Of a DNA stretch of 41,293 nt, positions 17,613 through 25,859 are shown one piece after another. The notes under the pieces are model-generated. The model saw nothing but the letters and a program-made list of their open reading frames with translations. It did no database searches and was not told the DNA's origin. Numbering within the stretch: the stretch's first letter is position 1; each line of letters opens with the position of its first letter. This DNA comes from a virus. Lineage: Duplodnaviria > Caudoviricetes. The DNA is taken from the IMG/VR virus record IMGVR_UViG_3300037510_000361, positions 1 through 41,293 of that record. One strand, 5' to 3'. The position numbers and the translations under genes were made by a program.

Positions 17613-18637
17613 TGGATCCATACGAAGCTCTAACTGGTCCTGCTGTCCAAAGTCCGACAGAACTTGCGTTCCTTGTCGATGCTCTGCGTCGACGTCGTAC
17701 CTTGGGTGAAGTCGGTGCCATGACTGGAGATCGTGTCATGGCACCATTCGGTAACAACATGATCCAGCAAGCCGATAAGTATGCTGGTGACGTTCAGAAC
17801 ATTCGCCAGAGGGATGCTGACAACGCTCAGACGCGTGAATACCAGACTGGTCAGTTGGACCATATGGCTCAGGTGTTGAAGGAGACGATGGCGAATAATT
17901 TGCGTGAAGACGAAACTCGACGTCGTGGCCAAGATATGAGTTTGAGAGAAGCACAGTATCGCACTGATAATGTGAAGGGAGGAAAGGCCCCTAGGTTGCG
18001 GTCCACTGACATAACGTCTCTGAAGCAGACTGCGCAGGCCCAGAGTGCGATCAACGAGATGCTCAATTTCCAAGCCAAGGGTGGAAAGCTAGGTGCTGTG
18101 GGGGAGATTCCCATCCTCGGCAGTGCTCTCCGCCAAGCGTCCAATTACGCGGCGTCCAAGGGCGCTGGCACTGATGACGTCATTGACCAGAAAACTGGAG
18201 AGGTCAAGTCATACGGGACTAAGACTACTGCTCTGCAGTGGCAGAACTACAAGCGATGGTACGAGCTTGCTCAACGGAACAATATGTTCGGCGCCACGCT
18301 TACTCCGAATGAAATGCGTGCATGGGCTTCTGCTAACCCGAGCGCTGCGCAGACCGATGCGCAGATTGCTGAGGGCTTGAAGGTCATGCAGAAGGTCTAT
18401 TCCCACGCCCAGAAGGCTCTGTCAGAAGGTCTTGAGTCTGAAGGATATGACCCTGTGGCCATCCGTTCTTACTCAAGTCTTTCCACTACAAATGGAGATC
18501 TTGGTATACCGAAGAACTTCGACATGGAGGGTGCGCAGCAGTATCTTGCCGAGCATCCGGAAACCTTGCCGCAGTTCCAGGAAAAGTTGAAAGAACTTGG
18601 CCTCGATCCTGAGAAGTACACGCCTAAACTGAAATGA
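17612..18637 (+). CDS. Putative internal virion/ejection protein
   Basis: Helical, Q/A-rich; FGATLT..E motif; position. Confidence 0.65.
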   Translation: MDPYEALTGPAVQSPTELAFLVDALRRRRTLGEVGAMTGDRVMAPFGNNMIQQADKYAGDVQNIRQRDADNAQTREYQTGQLDHMAQVLKETMANNLREDETRRRGQDMSLREAQYRTDNVKGGKAPRLRSTDITSLKQTAQAQSAINEMLNFQAKGGKLGAVGEIPILGSALRQASNYAASKGAGTDDVIDQKTGEVKSYGTKTTALQWQNYKRWYELAQRNNMFGATLTPNEMRAWASANPSAAQTDAQIAEGLKVMQKVYSHAQKALSEGLESEGYDPVAIRSYSSLSTTNGDLGIPKNFDMEGAQQYLAEHPETLPQFQEKLKELGLDPEKYTPKLK

Positions 18638-20367
18638 GTCCATACGATCAATTTCACAGCGATCCGTACAATCGGTTTGTACGGAAGTTGCAGAACACCA
18701 AGCTTGACCCAGAGCCGGTCGGCCAGAAGGTGTTCCGCGATTATGTGAAGCCGAATAACGACATTCCTTCTCAGGAAGACTTCACTGGTCCCATAAACGA
18801 AATTCGTATGCCTGAGTACGCCGCAGATGATCCGCTACTGGTGAACCTCGGCGCTGGCATGAAGCGCGTCCTTGGTGGTATGACTCGTCTTGTACTCCCA
18901 AAGGCGTTGGAGCCTAATTGGGTGTCGGACGAAGCCAGAATTGAGGACCAGAAGGCTCGCAAGAGTCTTGAGGGAACTCCTGGTTCAACAGTCATGCAGA
19001 TGACTGGAGAAACCATTCCCACGCTCCCGGTGGGTATACCTAACGCTGCCCGCAATATACTGCTCCAAACGCTTTCTCGAGGCGCACCGGCGCTCGAAGG
19101 CGCTGCCCGTGTAGCCACTAGCCGCCCCGTACAAAGTGCCCTCGAAGGGGCTGGTAATGCGGCAGCCAACGCGGATGTAGGGCAGGAGGACTCTGCTGCT
19201 CTGTTTGGCGGTGGTCTCGGTGGAGGCATGTCAGTCCTTGGTAAAGTCGGCGGTGCGATGACCCGTGGACTGGTCAAAAAGTCACAGGCTGCCAAGGATC
19301 TTGAGCATCTGGCAGGACAGCACGGTGAGGAGATTTTTCTCCCCTTGGCTCAGGCTGCCACTGATGAAGATACTCTTAGCCGCATGACGAAGGCCGGTTA
19401 CCGTGAACTGCTGCCCATGGTCCCAGGTACCTCTGAGCGCTTGGAGAATCAGGCTGCTGGTGTGACTTCAGCAATGCGTCGTATTGCTGCGAACGAGGCT
19501 GCTCCGGTTGGTATGACTGTTCCCAAGGATGTTGGGGATAACATTGGTGGATTCGTACGTGACGCTCGTCGTGAATTCAACAAGCGCTACGCTGACACGA
19601 TTGAGCAGTACGTGTTCAACGTGCCAACTGACTTCAGGCAGGAACTCATTCAGCGGATTAAACAGCAGTTCCCCAAGATTGACGATGTCACCTTGAATAA
19701 GGTGGCTACGGAAGCTGATCAGCACATGGCGCGGTTCTCCTCTGGGCAACCGATTATCGATGGAAAGAACATGCTGGAGGTCAAGAACGCCATTGGTCGC
19801 TCGTGGGGTAAGTCCGAGGGAGTCGCCAAGGGCCCGATCGAGACTGCCCAGAAGTACATTGACGAGATTATCAGCACTGAACTCAAGCAGGGTGGTCGGG
19901 CCAGCAACATGGCTGACCTCGCCAAGTACAATGACCTGACCGCACCATATAGGAGCTTCTTGCCTCTGGCCAAGGCTGCCAAGTCTGCCAAGCCGAATCG
20001 TGGTAACTTCTCCCCCAACCAGCTTGCGAGGGCTTCTGGAGAAGGAAGCGAGATGCTGGATCTCGCACAGACGACTCTTGCGGCCACGAAGGATAAGGCT
20101 GTCGGTCGTGGATCCAAGTGGGTCGGTGCAGGTGGTCTCATTGGTACCAGTCTTCTGACACACTCTGTGATTCCTGCCATGATGGCTGTGGGCGGAGCTC
20201 AAATGCTGTCCACCAAGACTATGCAGAAGGCCCTCATGGGAGACCTTGCTGCCCAGAAGATGGTAACGGATTTCTTGGAGAATAATCCAACGATTGCTGA
20301 GGACGTTGGACGTCTCGTTCGTAATACTTCCACGACTCAATTAGGATCAGAATATGGAACTCCCTGA
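18634..20367 (+). CDS. Putative large ejection protein
   Basis: Ala/Gly-rich hydrophobic helices typical of podovirus membrane-spanning ejection proteins. Confidence 0.7.
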   Translation: MSPYDQFHSDPYNRFVRKLQNTKLDPEPVGQKVFRDYVKPNNDIPSQEDFTGPINEIRMPEYAADDPLLVNLGAGMKRVLGGMTRLVLPKALEPNWVSDEARIEDQKARKSLEGTPGSTVMQMTGETIPTLPVGIPNAARNILLQTLSRGAPALEGAARVATSRPVQSALEGAGNAAANADVGQEDSAALFGGGLGGGMSVLGKVGGAMTRGLVKKSQAAKDLEHLAGQHGEEIFLPLAQAATDEDTLSRMTKAGYRELLPMVPGTSERLENQAAGVTSAMRRIAANEAAPVGMTVPKDVGDNIGGFVRDARREFNKRYADTIEQYVFNVPTDFRQELIQRIKQQFPKIDDVTLNKVATEADQHMARFSSGQPIIDGKNMLEVKNAIGRSWGKSEGVAKGPIETAQKYIDEIISTELKQGGRASNMADLAKYNDLTAPYRSFLPLAKAAKSAKPNRGNFSPNQLARASGEGSEMLDLAQTTLAATKDKAVGRGSKWVGAGGLIGTSLLTHSVIPAMMAVGGAQMLSTKTMQKALMGDLAAQKMVTDFLENNPTIAEDVGRLVRNTSTTQLGSEYGTP

Positions 20368-20614
20368 CAACATTAAGATTCTTCTGGAAGCCCTGCGCGG
20401 TGGAAACGTCCCCATGGACCAGCGCGGCCCAGCCACAGTACGACGTCTTCCTGATGGCTCTGTAGTGCAGAATCCTCAGAGTCCTTCGTCGGCTGATAAC
20501 TTCATGCCGACGAAGATGAGAGGGTATCAGCTCTACAACCAGGAACGAAAGATCCAAGGTCTGGAGCCTGTGTCTTACCAGGAATGGATTCGGTTCGAAA
20601 ACGGCGCGGAGTAG
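20354..20614 (+). CDS. Hypothetical protein
   Basis: Fills the operon gap and overlaps the upstream gene. Confidence 0.65.
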   Translation: MELPDNIKILLEALRGGNVPMDQRGPATVRRLPDGSVVQNPQSPSSADNFMPTKMRGYQLYNQERKIQGLEPVSYQEWIRFENGAE

Positions 20615-20617
20615 TCC

Positions 20618-21877
20618 ATGCCTCGTGATATAAACGGAAACTACTCGCTTCCGGCCGGTAATCCGGTCGTAACGAACACGGTCATTTCGTCCACTTGGGC
20701 GAATACGACCTTGTCCGACATCGCCACAGCGATAACTGACTCATTAGATCGCTCTGGTGATGGAGCGATGCTGGCTGGACTCAAAGCTTATGCCGGAACT
20801 ATCGGAGCTCCAGGGTACACTTGGTCCTTGGAGACTACTTCCGGATGGTATCGCGCGGGTGCCGGCGACTTCCGTCATGCCATTGGTGGAGTCGACGTCG
20901 TTGGTATCACAAGTGCTGGTCTCTCTGCTCGTGCACTTGTTCCTACTGCCAGCACCGTTCCATCCAACGGCATGTACCTGTCGGCTGCTAACACTGTCGC
21001 GATCGCCAGCAACACGACTCTTCGCTGGAGCGTGAACAGCACGGGCAATCACACCATTGCTGCGCCGAGTAGTGGAACATCGTTCACTGTGTCGGGTACT
21101 TCGGGAGCATCCGACATTTGGCTTGACGTAAACGACGGAACGCGTTTCTTTCGAGTCCGTGGAGGGGGTGCCGGAGTAGTCGCAATAGGTAGCGTGAATA
21201 GCCATCCGTTGGATTTGATAGCTAACAATGTCGCTGCCATACGTATTGCTGCAACAGGAGGCGTTACGATCAACGCTCCGAGTAGCGGAAACGCGCTGGT
21301 CGTAAATGGACTTTCCAATGTCTATACACTCAACGTAGACGCTGGGGCCACTGCCAGTCAAAGTTTCGGGCTAATAGTTTCCGCAGGAACAAACAGCAGT
21401 GACCGAGCATTCTATGTGCGGAATAAGGCCCAAAGCGTAGATTTTCTTAATATCTATGGAGATGGTGGTATCACGACTGGGGCTCCTACGGGTGGAGACA
21501 AGGGCGCTGGCACGCTGAATTCTGCTGGCTCTGTATACGTCAACAATGAGGAATTGGGGTACAGGAGTCTCAACTATCGCATCATTTCTAGTAGCGACAA
21601 CACTGCGGCTACAGACAATGGGCGTGGAATCTACTACAACGGTGCTGGTGGCCACACCTTCACATTGGATTCTGATCCCCCTACGTCAGGAATCGTTACC
21701 ATAGTCAATCAAGGCAGTGGAAATTTGACCATTGCCGCTTCATCAAATTTGGATTGGCTTAATGGTTCCGGCACCACAAGTTCAGGTTCTCGTACCTTAG
21801 CTGTGGCGGGGATCGCTACAGCTTGGCACGCCGCAGGAAGTGGAAACTGGAAAATTTGGGGAACTGGACTCACATGA
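20618..21877 (+). CDS. Tail fibre / receptor-binding protein
   Basis: MPRDINGNYSLP...ISSTWAN...DIATAIT N-terminal anchor; G/S/T-rich beta repeats. Confidence 0.8.
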   Translation: MPRDINGNYSLPAGNPVVTNTVISSTWANTTLSDIATAITDSLDRSGDGAMLAGLKAYAGTIGAPGYTWSLETTSGWYRAGAGDFRHAIGGVDVVGITSAGLSARALVPTASTVPSNGMYLSAANTVAIASNTTLRWSVNSTGNHTIAAPSSGTSFTVSGTSGASDIWLDVNDGTRFFRVRGGGAGVVAIGSVNSHPLDLIANNVAAIRIAATGGVTINAPSSGNALVVNGLSNVYTLNVDAGATASQSFGLIVSAGTNSSDRAFYVRNKAQSVDFLNIYGDGGITTGAPTGGDKGAGTLNSAGSVYVNNEELGYRSLNYRIISSSDNTAATDNGRGIYYNGAGGHTFTLDSDPPTSGIVTIVNQGSGNLTIAASSNLDWLNGSGTTSSGSRTLAVAGIATAWHAAGSGNWKIWGTGLT

Positions 21878-22266
21878 TCCCCCCAGGAGTAGATGCTGCT
21901 GCTGACTTTAAGAAATTTGCCATCACGATTGGAAACATAGGCGGTGGAAATTGGGGTTATTCCGACTCATCAGGAGTTGGGGCTCTATCCCCAGGATCTT
22001 ATGGTGTTTCAGGTGGTGCTGTACCGATCACTGCTGTCTTCACCGGACCTGCTGTAGATTTTGCTATATGGATGGCCCCAACCATCGCACAGAGTTGGTT
22101 TAGGTATGTCGTGGTAAAGGATTCTGCAGGGAATTTTCGCCGTTATACTTCCGCCAGCGCCACATATTCTGCTGGCCCTCCGTCAGTTTGGACATGGGGT
22201 ACAGGATCTAGTCCTGTATTCACTGGAGTAGGTTCTTCAGTCATGTTGATCAATCCGTTCAAATAG
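21874..22266 (+). CDS. Tail-fibre-associated (tip/adhesin-like) protein
   Basis: Gly/Ser/aromatic-rich; ATGA coupling with the fibre gene. Confidence 0.6.
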   Translation: MIPPGVDAAADFKKFAITIGNIGGGNWGYSDSSGVGALSPGSYGVSGGAVPITAVFTGPAVDFAIWMAPTIAQSWFRYVVVKDSAGNFRRYTSASATYSAGPPSVWTWGTGSSPVFTGVGSSVMLINPFK

Positions 22267-22275
22267 AGGTCCCAA

Positions 22276-22557
22276 ATGGAAATTCAGCTAAATGGTCCGG
22301 TTACGATTACTCTGAATCCGAAGACAATGGCGATGGTCCTAGATGTCCTCGCCCAGAATCTACCATACAACGTGGGGAAGCAGATTATCGAAGTGGAGAT
22401 TTTTCCACAATTTGTGAAAGGGGAAAAGAAAGATGCAACTGACAGCGGAGCAATGGATACAAGTGGGACTCGTGATTCTCGGCCAAATCCTCACTGTGGC
22501 GATTCTGAAGAACGACATGAAGTGGGTGAAGCAGTTGTTGAGGGATCACCAGGATAG
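22276..22557 (+). CDS. Hypothetical protein (possible fibre chaperone)
   Basis: GAGGT SD; the C-terminal third overlaps the next ORF. Confidence 0.55.
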   Translation: MEIQLNGPVTITLNPKTMAMVLDVLAQNLPYNVGKQIIEVEIFPQFVKGEKKDATDSGAMDTSGTRDSRPNPHCGDSEERHEVGEAVVEGSPG

Positions 22558-22621
22558 CGATAACGAGTCCTTCAAGGAATTGAAGGCAGACATTCGGGAA
22601 CTACGGGAGTACAGGTCATGA
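22433..22621 (+). CDS. Small membrane protein (1 TM plus coiled coil), lysis cassette
   Basis: Hydrophobic N-terminus with a charged coiled tail. Confidence 0.7.
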   Translation: MQLTAEQWIQVGLVILGQILTVAILKNDMKWVKQLLRDHQDSDNESFKELKADIRELREYRS

Positions 22622-22806
22622 ATCCATCAAATAGCACTATCGCCAGCGCAGGTATCGGCATCCCCGTGTCAGTTATCGGTGCATGGATTCTAAAGGAATT
22701 TTACAATATTGAAATGCCCGGCGAGGTAACAGCCGCAATCGCCGGTTTAATCACTGTTATCAGCGGCTTGTTCTTCAAAGGAGGTCTACGTGCGCACACT
22801 GAGTAA
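22618..22806 (+). CDS. Putative holin (2 TM)
   Basis: Two TM helices, basic C-terminus, lysis region. Confidence 0.65.
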   Translation: MNPSNSTIASAGIGIPVSVIGAWILKEFYNIEMPGEVTAAIAGLITVISGLFFKGGLRAHTE

Positions 22807-23197
22807 AGTCTTTATCGTTTCAATGGCATTGGCTCTGGGGGCCTGTGCCAGCCTGAACCCATTTTCGGCTGCCAAGACTACAGAGCAGAAGTCATATGCT
22901 CTGTATGGTACGTTCGTTATCTTCGAGCAGCAGGGGGCGAAGCTGATTCAGAGTCCTGAAATCCCCAACAGCGTGAAGCGAGCTATCCAGCAGGCAGACG
23001 CAGTGGCCAAGCCCTCGATTGATCAACTGAAGGTAGCCGCTGACAGTCTTCTCTCCATTAAGCTTCAGCTACAGGCTGGGACTTCAGATAAGGAGAAGCT
23101 GACCATCGCTGCCACCAACCTGAAGAAATGGTACGATGATGCTGTTCCCAAAGTTCGTTGTCTCGTCATTGTTGTACAGGAGAAAGGTCCATGCTAG
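22790..23197 (+). CDS. Lipoprotein (spanin-like candidate)
   Basis: Lipobox LGAC after a hydrophobic signal; helical body. Confidence 0.7.
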   Translation: MRTLSKVFIVSMALALGACASLNPFSAAKTTEQKSYALYGTFVIFEQQGAKLIQSPEIPNSVKRAIQQADAVAKPSIDQLKVAADSLLSIKLQLQAGTSDKEKLTIAATNLKKWYDDAVPKVRCLVIVVQEKGPC

Positions 23198-23463
23198 AAC
23201 TCATTTTACTGTTTCTGCGATCGCTTTCGAGCATCGCAACTGATCCCGCCCTCGGCGCTCGCGGCGCAGCTATCAAGTCGGTGCTGGACCTCGCTGCCTT
23301 GGCAGTGGAGCGCGGCGCCGAGGGTGCGGACCAACTGAAGGCGTTGGTCTCTGCTGTCAAGGCCATGGCAGACGAAGGCAGAGAGCCTACCCCTGAGGAA
23401 TGGAATACTCTTAAGGAGCAGAGTGACGCTGCCCATGCCGCAATTCAAGGGTGGAAGCCATGA
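23191..23463 (+). CDS. Hypothetical helical protein
   Basis: AGGAG/AAGGT SD; GREPT.EEW motif. Confidence 0.7.
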   Translation: MLELILLFLRSLSSIATDPALGARGAAIKSVLDLAALAVERGAEGADQLKALVSAVKAMADEGREPTPEEWNTLKEQSDAAHAAIQGWKP

Positions 23464-23837
23464 AGAACTCGTTCGCAATCTTCGTCCTCGGACTGTTCGT
23501 TCTCTGTGGCGCAGTCCTTGGCACTCTGGCCTACGCGGCGGCTCCCGCACGAACTGCCGCGCTATCCTGGACTGCCACGACACAGGATACTGATGGCAAT
23601 ACGATCACAGGAGTGACGTACAACGTCTATCAGGGGGCTAAGGGATCTAGTTCGAAGACGAAAGTGGCTCAGGGGTTGACAGTCCTGAGTTACACGGCTA
23701 CGAACTTGCCTTATGGAGAGACCTGCTTCAACGTCAGCGCGCAGACTGTTGCGCTAGGGGAGTCGGCACTCAGTGCCGAGGGCTGCAAAAGTTTCCCTCT
23801 CCCCAAGCCCGCAGCACCGTCGCTCACTGTTGAGTAG
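23460..23837 (+). CDS. Secreted fibronectin type III domain protein
   Basis: Signal peptide, LSW, YNVYQG, F.VSA...GES..S FN3 signature. Confidence 0.8.
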   Translation: MKNSFAIFVLGLFVLCGAVLGTLAYAAAPARTAALSWTATTQDTDGNTITGVTYNVYQGAKGSSSKTKVAQGLTVLSYTATNLPYGETCFNVSAQTVALGESALSAEGCKSFPLPKPAAPSLTVE

Positions 23838-23858
23838 GATCATCCACTGGATACTATC

Positions 23859-24239
23859 ATGGTTCTAAAACACTTCAAACTGGAGGAATTCGGGTGCCAT
23901 TGCGGATGCAAGGAGAACAAGATTGACCTTGCATTCGTGAAGAAGCTCGACGACCTGCGTGAAGTGTTCGGAAAGACAATGATCATATCCAGTGGATACC
24001 GCTGTCCGAAGCATAATACTGACGTCAGCCATACTGGTGCGACCGGTCCTCACACGACCGGTCACGCCGCTGACATTCTCATATCCAGATTCGACGCCTT
24101 AACCCTTCTGTGGAAGGCACTGGATATGAATACCTTTACCGGATTCGGCCTGAACCAAAAGGGTGGGGCCCGGTACATACACCTCGACGACCTCCCCAAC
24201 GCACCAAATCAGCCTCGACCAACTCTTTGGACGTATTAA
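23859..24239 (+). CDS. Endolysin, peptidase M15A family
   Basis: F.CHCGC, SSGYRC..HN, H..G.AADI and IHLD zinc-peptidase motifs. Confidence 0.9.
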   Translation: MVLKHFKLEEFGCHCGCKENKIDLAFVKKLDDLREVFGKTMIISSGYRCPKHNTDVSHTGATGPHTTGHAADILISRFDALTLLWKALDMNTFTGFGLNQKGGARYIHLDDLPNAPNQPRPTLWTY

Positions 24240-24380
24240 CCCCTTATAAAACAAGGGGTTACAAGCGCCTGCGTATAATGCTTCGACAGCGGGGCATTTT
24301 GGGCATAGGCTAGGGTAGCGGGTAGGGTGCCAAACGTGGCTCTCGAACGTCGACAGGCGGCCGGTTTTTGGTCCAAGTAC

Positions 24381-24413
24381 AAGAAAGCCCGGTCTAGCGA
24401 ACTAAACCGGGCT
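24381..24413 (-). terminator. Rho-independent terminator of the leftward arm
   Basis: AGCCCGGTTTAG-TTCG-CTAGACCGGGCT then TTCTT on the minus strand, at the convergent junction. Confidence 0.8.
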
Positions 24414-24560
24414 CTCAGGGCCTTCTAGCTTATCTGTTCACCGCTGGGGCGGCTTCACAGACCGTCAACGGAGCCGGGACTCCTGTGGTGGTATCTTGGG
24501 CTAGTTCTTACTCTCGGGCTAGGCCGCCCTCCTAAAGGAGGCGCATCCCAGGACCTCCTT
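24414..24560 (-). ncRNA. Candidate structured ncRNA B
   Basis: Non-coding, several nested complementary segments (see findings). Confidence 0.4.
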
Positions 24561-24565
24561 CATAT

Positions 24566-24814
24566 CTACATTTGTTCTACTGAAACCCCCTCCTGCGCCA
24601 TCGGATCAACACGCCAGAAGGAACTCTTCCTGTCCCAATTCAGAGAAGTCGCTACAGGCGGACCCTCAGACTCCCTGCCTACTACGACCATGAGTGCGCA
24701 GATGCTCTTCTCATCTGAGTCCTTAAATTCCTCTGGCGGAGTTACCTTGGCATCATTTATTGCCTTCGCAACCGCATGACTGTATTCATGAAGAATCAAA
24801 TTTATGTCTTTCAT
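24566..24814 (-). CDS. Hypothetical protein
   Basis: GAGGGAG SD before ATG. Confidence 0.7.
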   Translation of the reverse strand: MKDINLILHEYSHAVAKAINDAKVTPPEEFKDSDEKSICALMVVVGRESEGPPVATSLNWDRKSSFWRVDPMAQEGVSVEQM

Positions 24815-24829
24815 TACTCCCTCATAAAG

Positions 24830-24940
24830 TGGTGGGCGGTGCCGAGCACCCTGCCGCCCCAGGTTTGAAAGGTTCTCCCCTCACCGGGAGAATCCAGCCG
24901 GCTTGGAAAGAGGAGTGGTGACTAACCTGGACCTCTTTCC
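24830..24940 (-). ncRNA. Candidate structured ncRNA A (three hairpins plus loop-loop/pseudoknot pairings)
   Basis: 9-, 7- and 6-bp stems; the first loop is complementary to two downstream segments. Confidence 0.5.
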
Positions 24941-24944
24941 TGTC

Positions 24945-25337
24945 TTATCCATTTCCTGGCGGAATACCTCCTGCACCGTACTCCGTTTCAAGCTCTATCA
25001 GCTTCTGAAGGAAGTGTTGGGCTTTTTCCAAATCCTCTATTCCCTTCTTCTTGGGATATCGCTCCACATACTTCGTGATGCACCCCACGAAATACCCGCG
25101 ACCATAGAGTCGCCACTGACGGTCCCAGTGCTCCTCCCCTCCCGTCTTGTAGTGACTTCCCCCTACCTGACGGTCGTTGGCTTGGCGGATGAATGGCCCA
25201 CAGTTTCCGGCATCGGGCTGCCCCTGATACCCTTCATGTTCAGAGGCAGGAGCTCCACACTCACGGCAGGCTGAACCGTCGTTGAGAATCCCACCATTCG
25301 ACTGATTTTGATATAGAGCGCAAGGCTTTTTGGCCAT
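24945..25337 (-). CDS. DUF3310 / T7 gp1.7-like nucleotide kinase domain with an N-terminal Zn-binding motif
   Basis: QVGGSHY, GCITKYVERY.KK.G.EDL.KA.HFL signature; C...CxxC...H N-terminus. Confidence 0.85.
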   Translation of the reverse strand: MAKKPCALYQNQSNGGILNDGSACRECGAPASEHEGYQGQPDAGNCGPFIRQANDRQVGGSHYKTGGEEHWDRQWRLYGRGYFVGCITKYVERYPKKKGIEDLEKAQHFLQKLIELETEYGAGGIPPGNG

Positions 25338-25352
25338 GATGTATTATACCCC

Positions 25353-25859
25353 TCAAAAGTTTCCAGGTGCTACCTGAAGGCAAGTGAACCCTTCGCGACG
25401 CCAAGCGTCTACGACCCTCTGACGATCTTCAAGAACGAACAGAATGTCCCTTTCGAATCCTTTGACCCATGAGACCTTAAGGACATGATCGTCTACTCTG
25501 TTGTCCACTGGTCTTAGTTTTATGATATCATATGGAACGTCATGTTTCCTCAACCATTCTATCGTCTTCTCCTCTACTGCGGCGCTTCTGCCTGAAAGAA
25601 TACGAATCTCGTATTTCTTCGAGAGTGCCCGCAGAATCTCGACAACTGGTTCGTTGACTTCGTCACTCAAGCATTCGGCGAAGTAGTCGTCCCAGTTGTG
25701 CCAGAGCCCTTTGCCACGACACTTCGGGCAACTGAATTCTGGCATCTTGGTAGGACTTTCTTTATGACACTCACACTTCAAGTGCAGATGTCTCTTAGCC
25801 CTCTTATGATCAAGAGCTATAGTGCCGTCCAAATCAGCTATGACAATCTTACTTTTCAA
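25353..25859 (-). CDS. HAD phosphatase (T4 PNK 3'-phosphatase-like) with a Zn-finger insertion
   Basis: DLDGT, LSGR, EDR..VV..WR..G..CLQVA.G.F; CECH...CPKCRGKG insert. Confidence 0.9.
   Translation of the reverse strand: MKSKIVIADLDGTIALDHKRAKRHLHLKCECHKESPTKMPEFSCPKCRGKGLWHNWDDYFAECLSDEVNEPVVEILRALSKKYEIRILSGRSAAVEEKTIEWLRKHDVPYDIIKLRPVDNRVDDHVLKVSWVKGFERDILFVLEDRQRVVDAWRREGFTCLQVAPGNF

Noticed and set aside
24830-24900. tRNA-Sec-like fragments (CUCCCGGUGAGG, UUCAAA, terminal ACCA)
   Set aside because: No anticodon stem, T-arm or acceptor pairing can be built; kept only as an unknown structured RNA.
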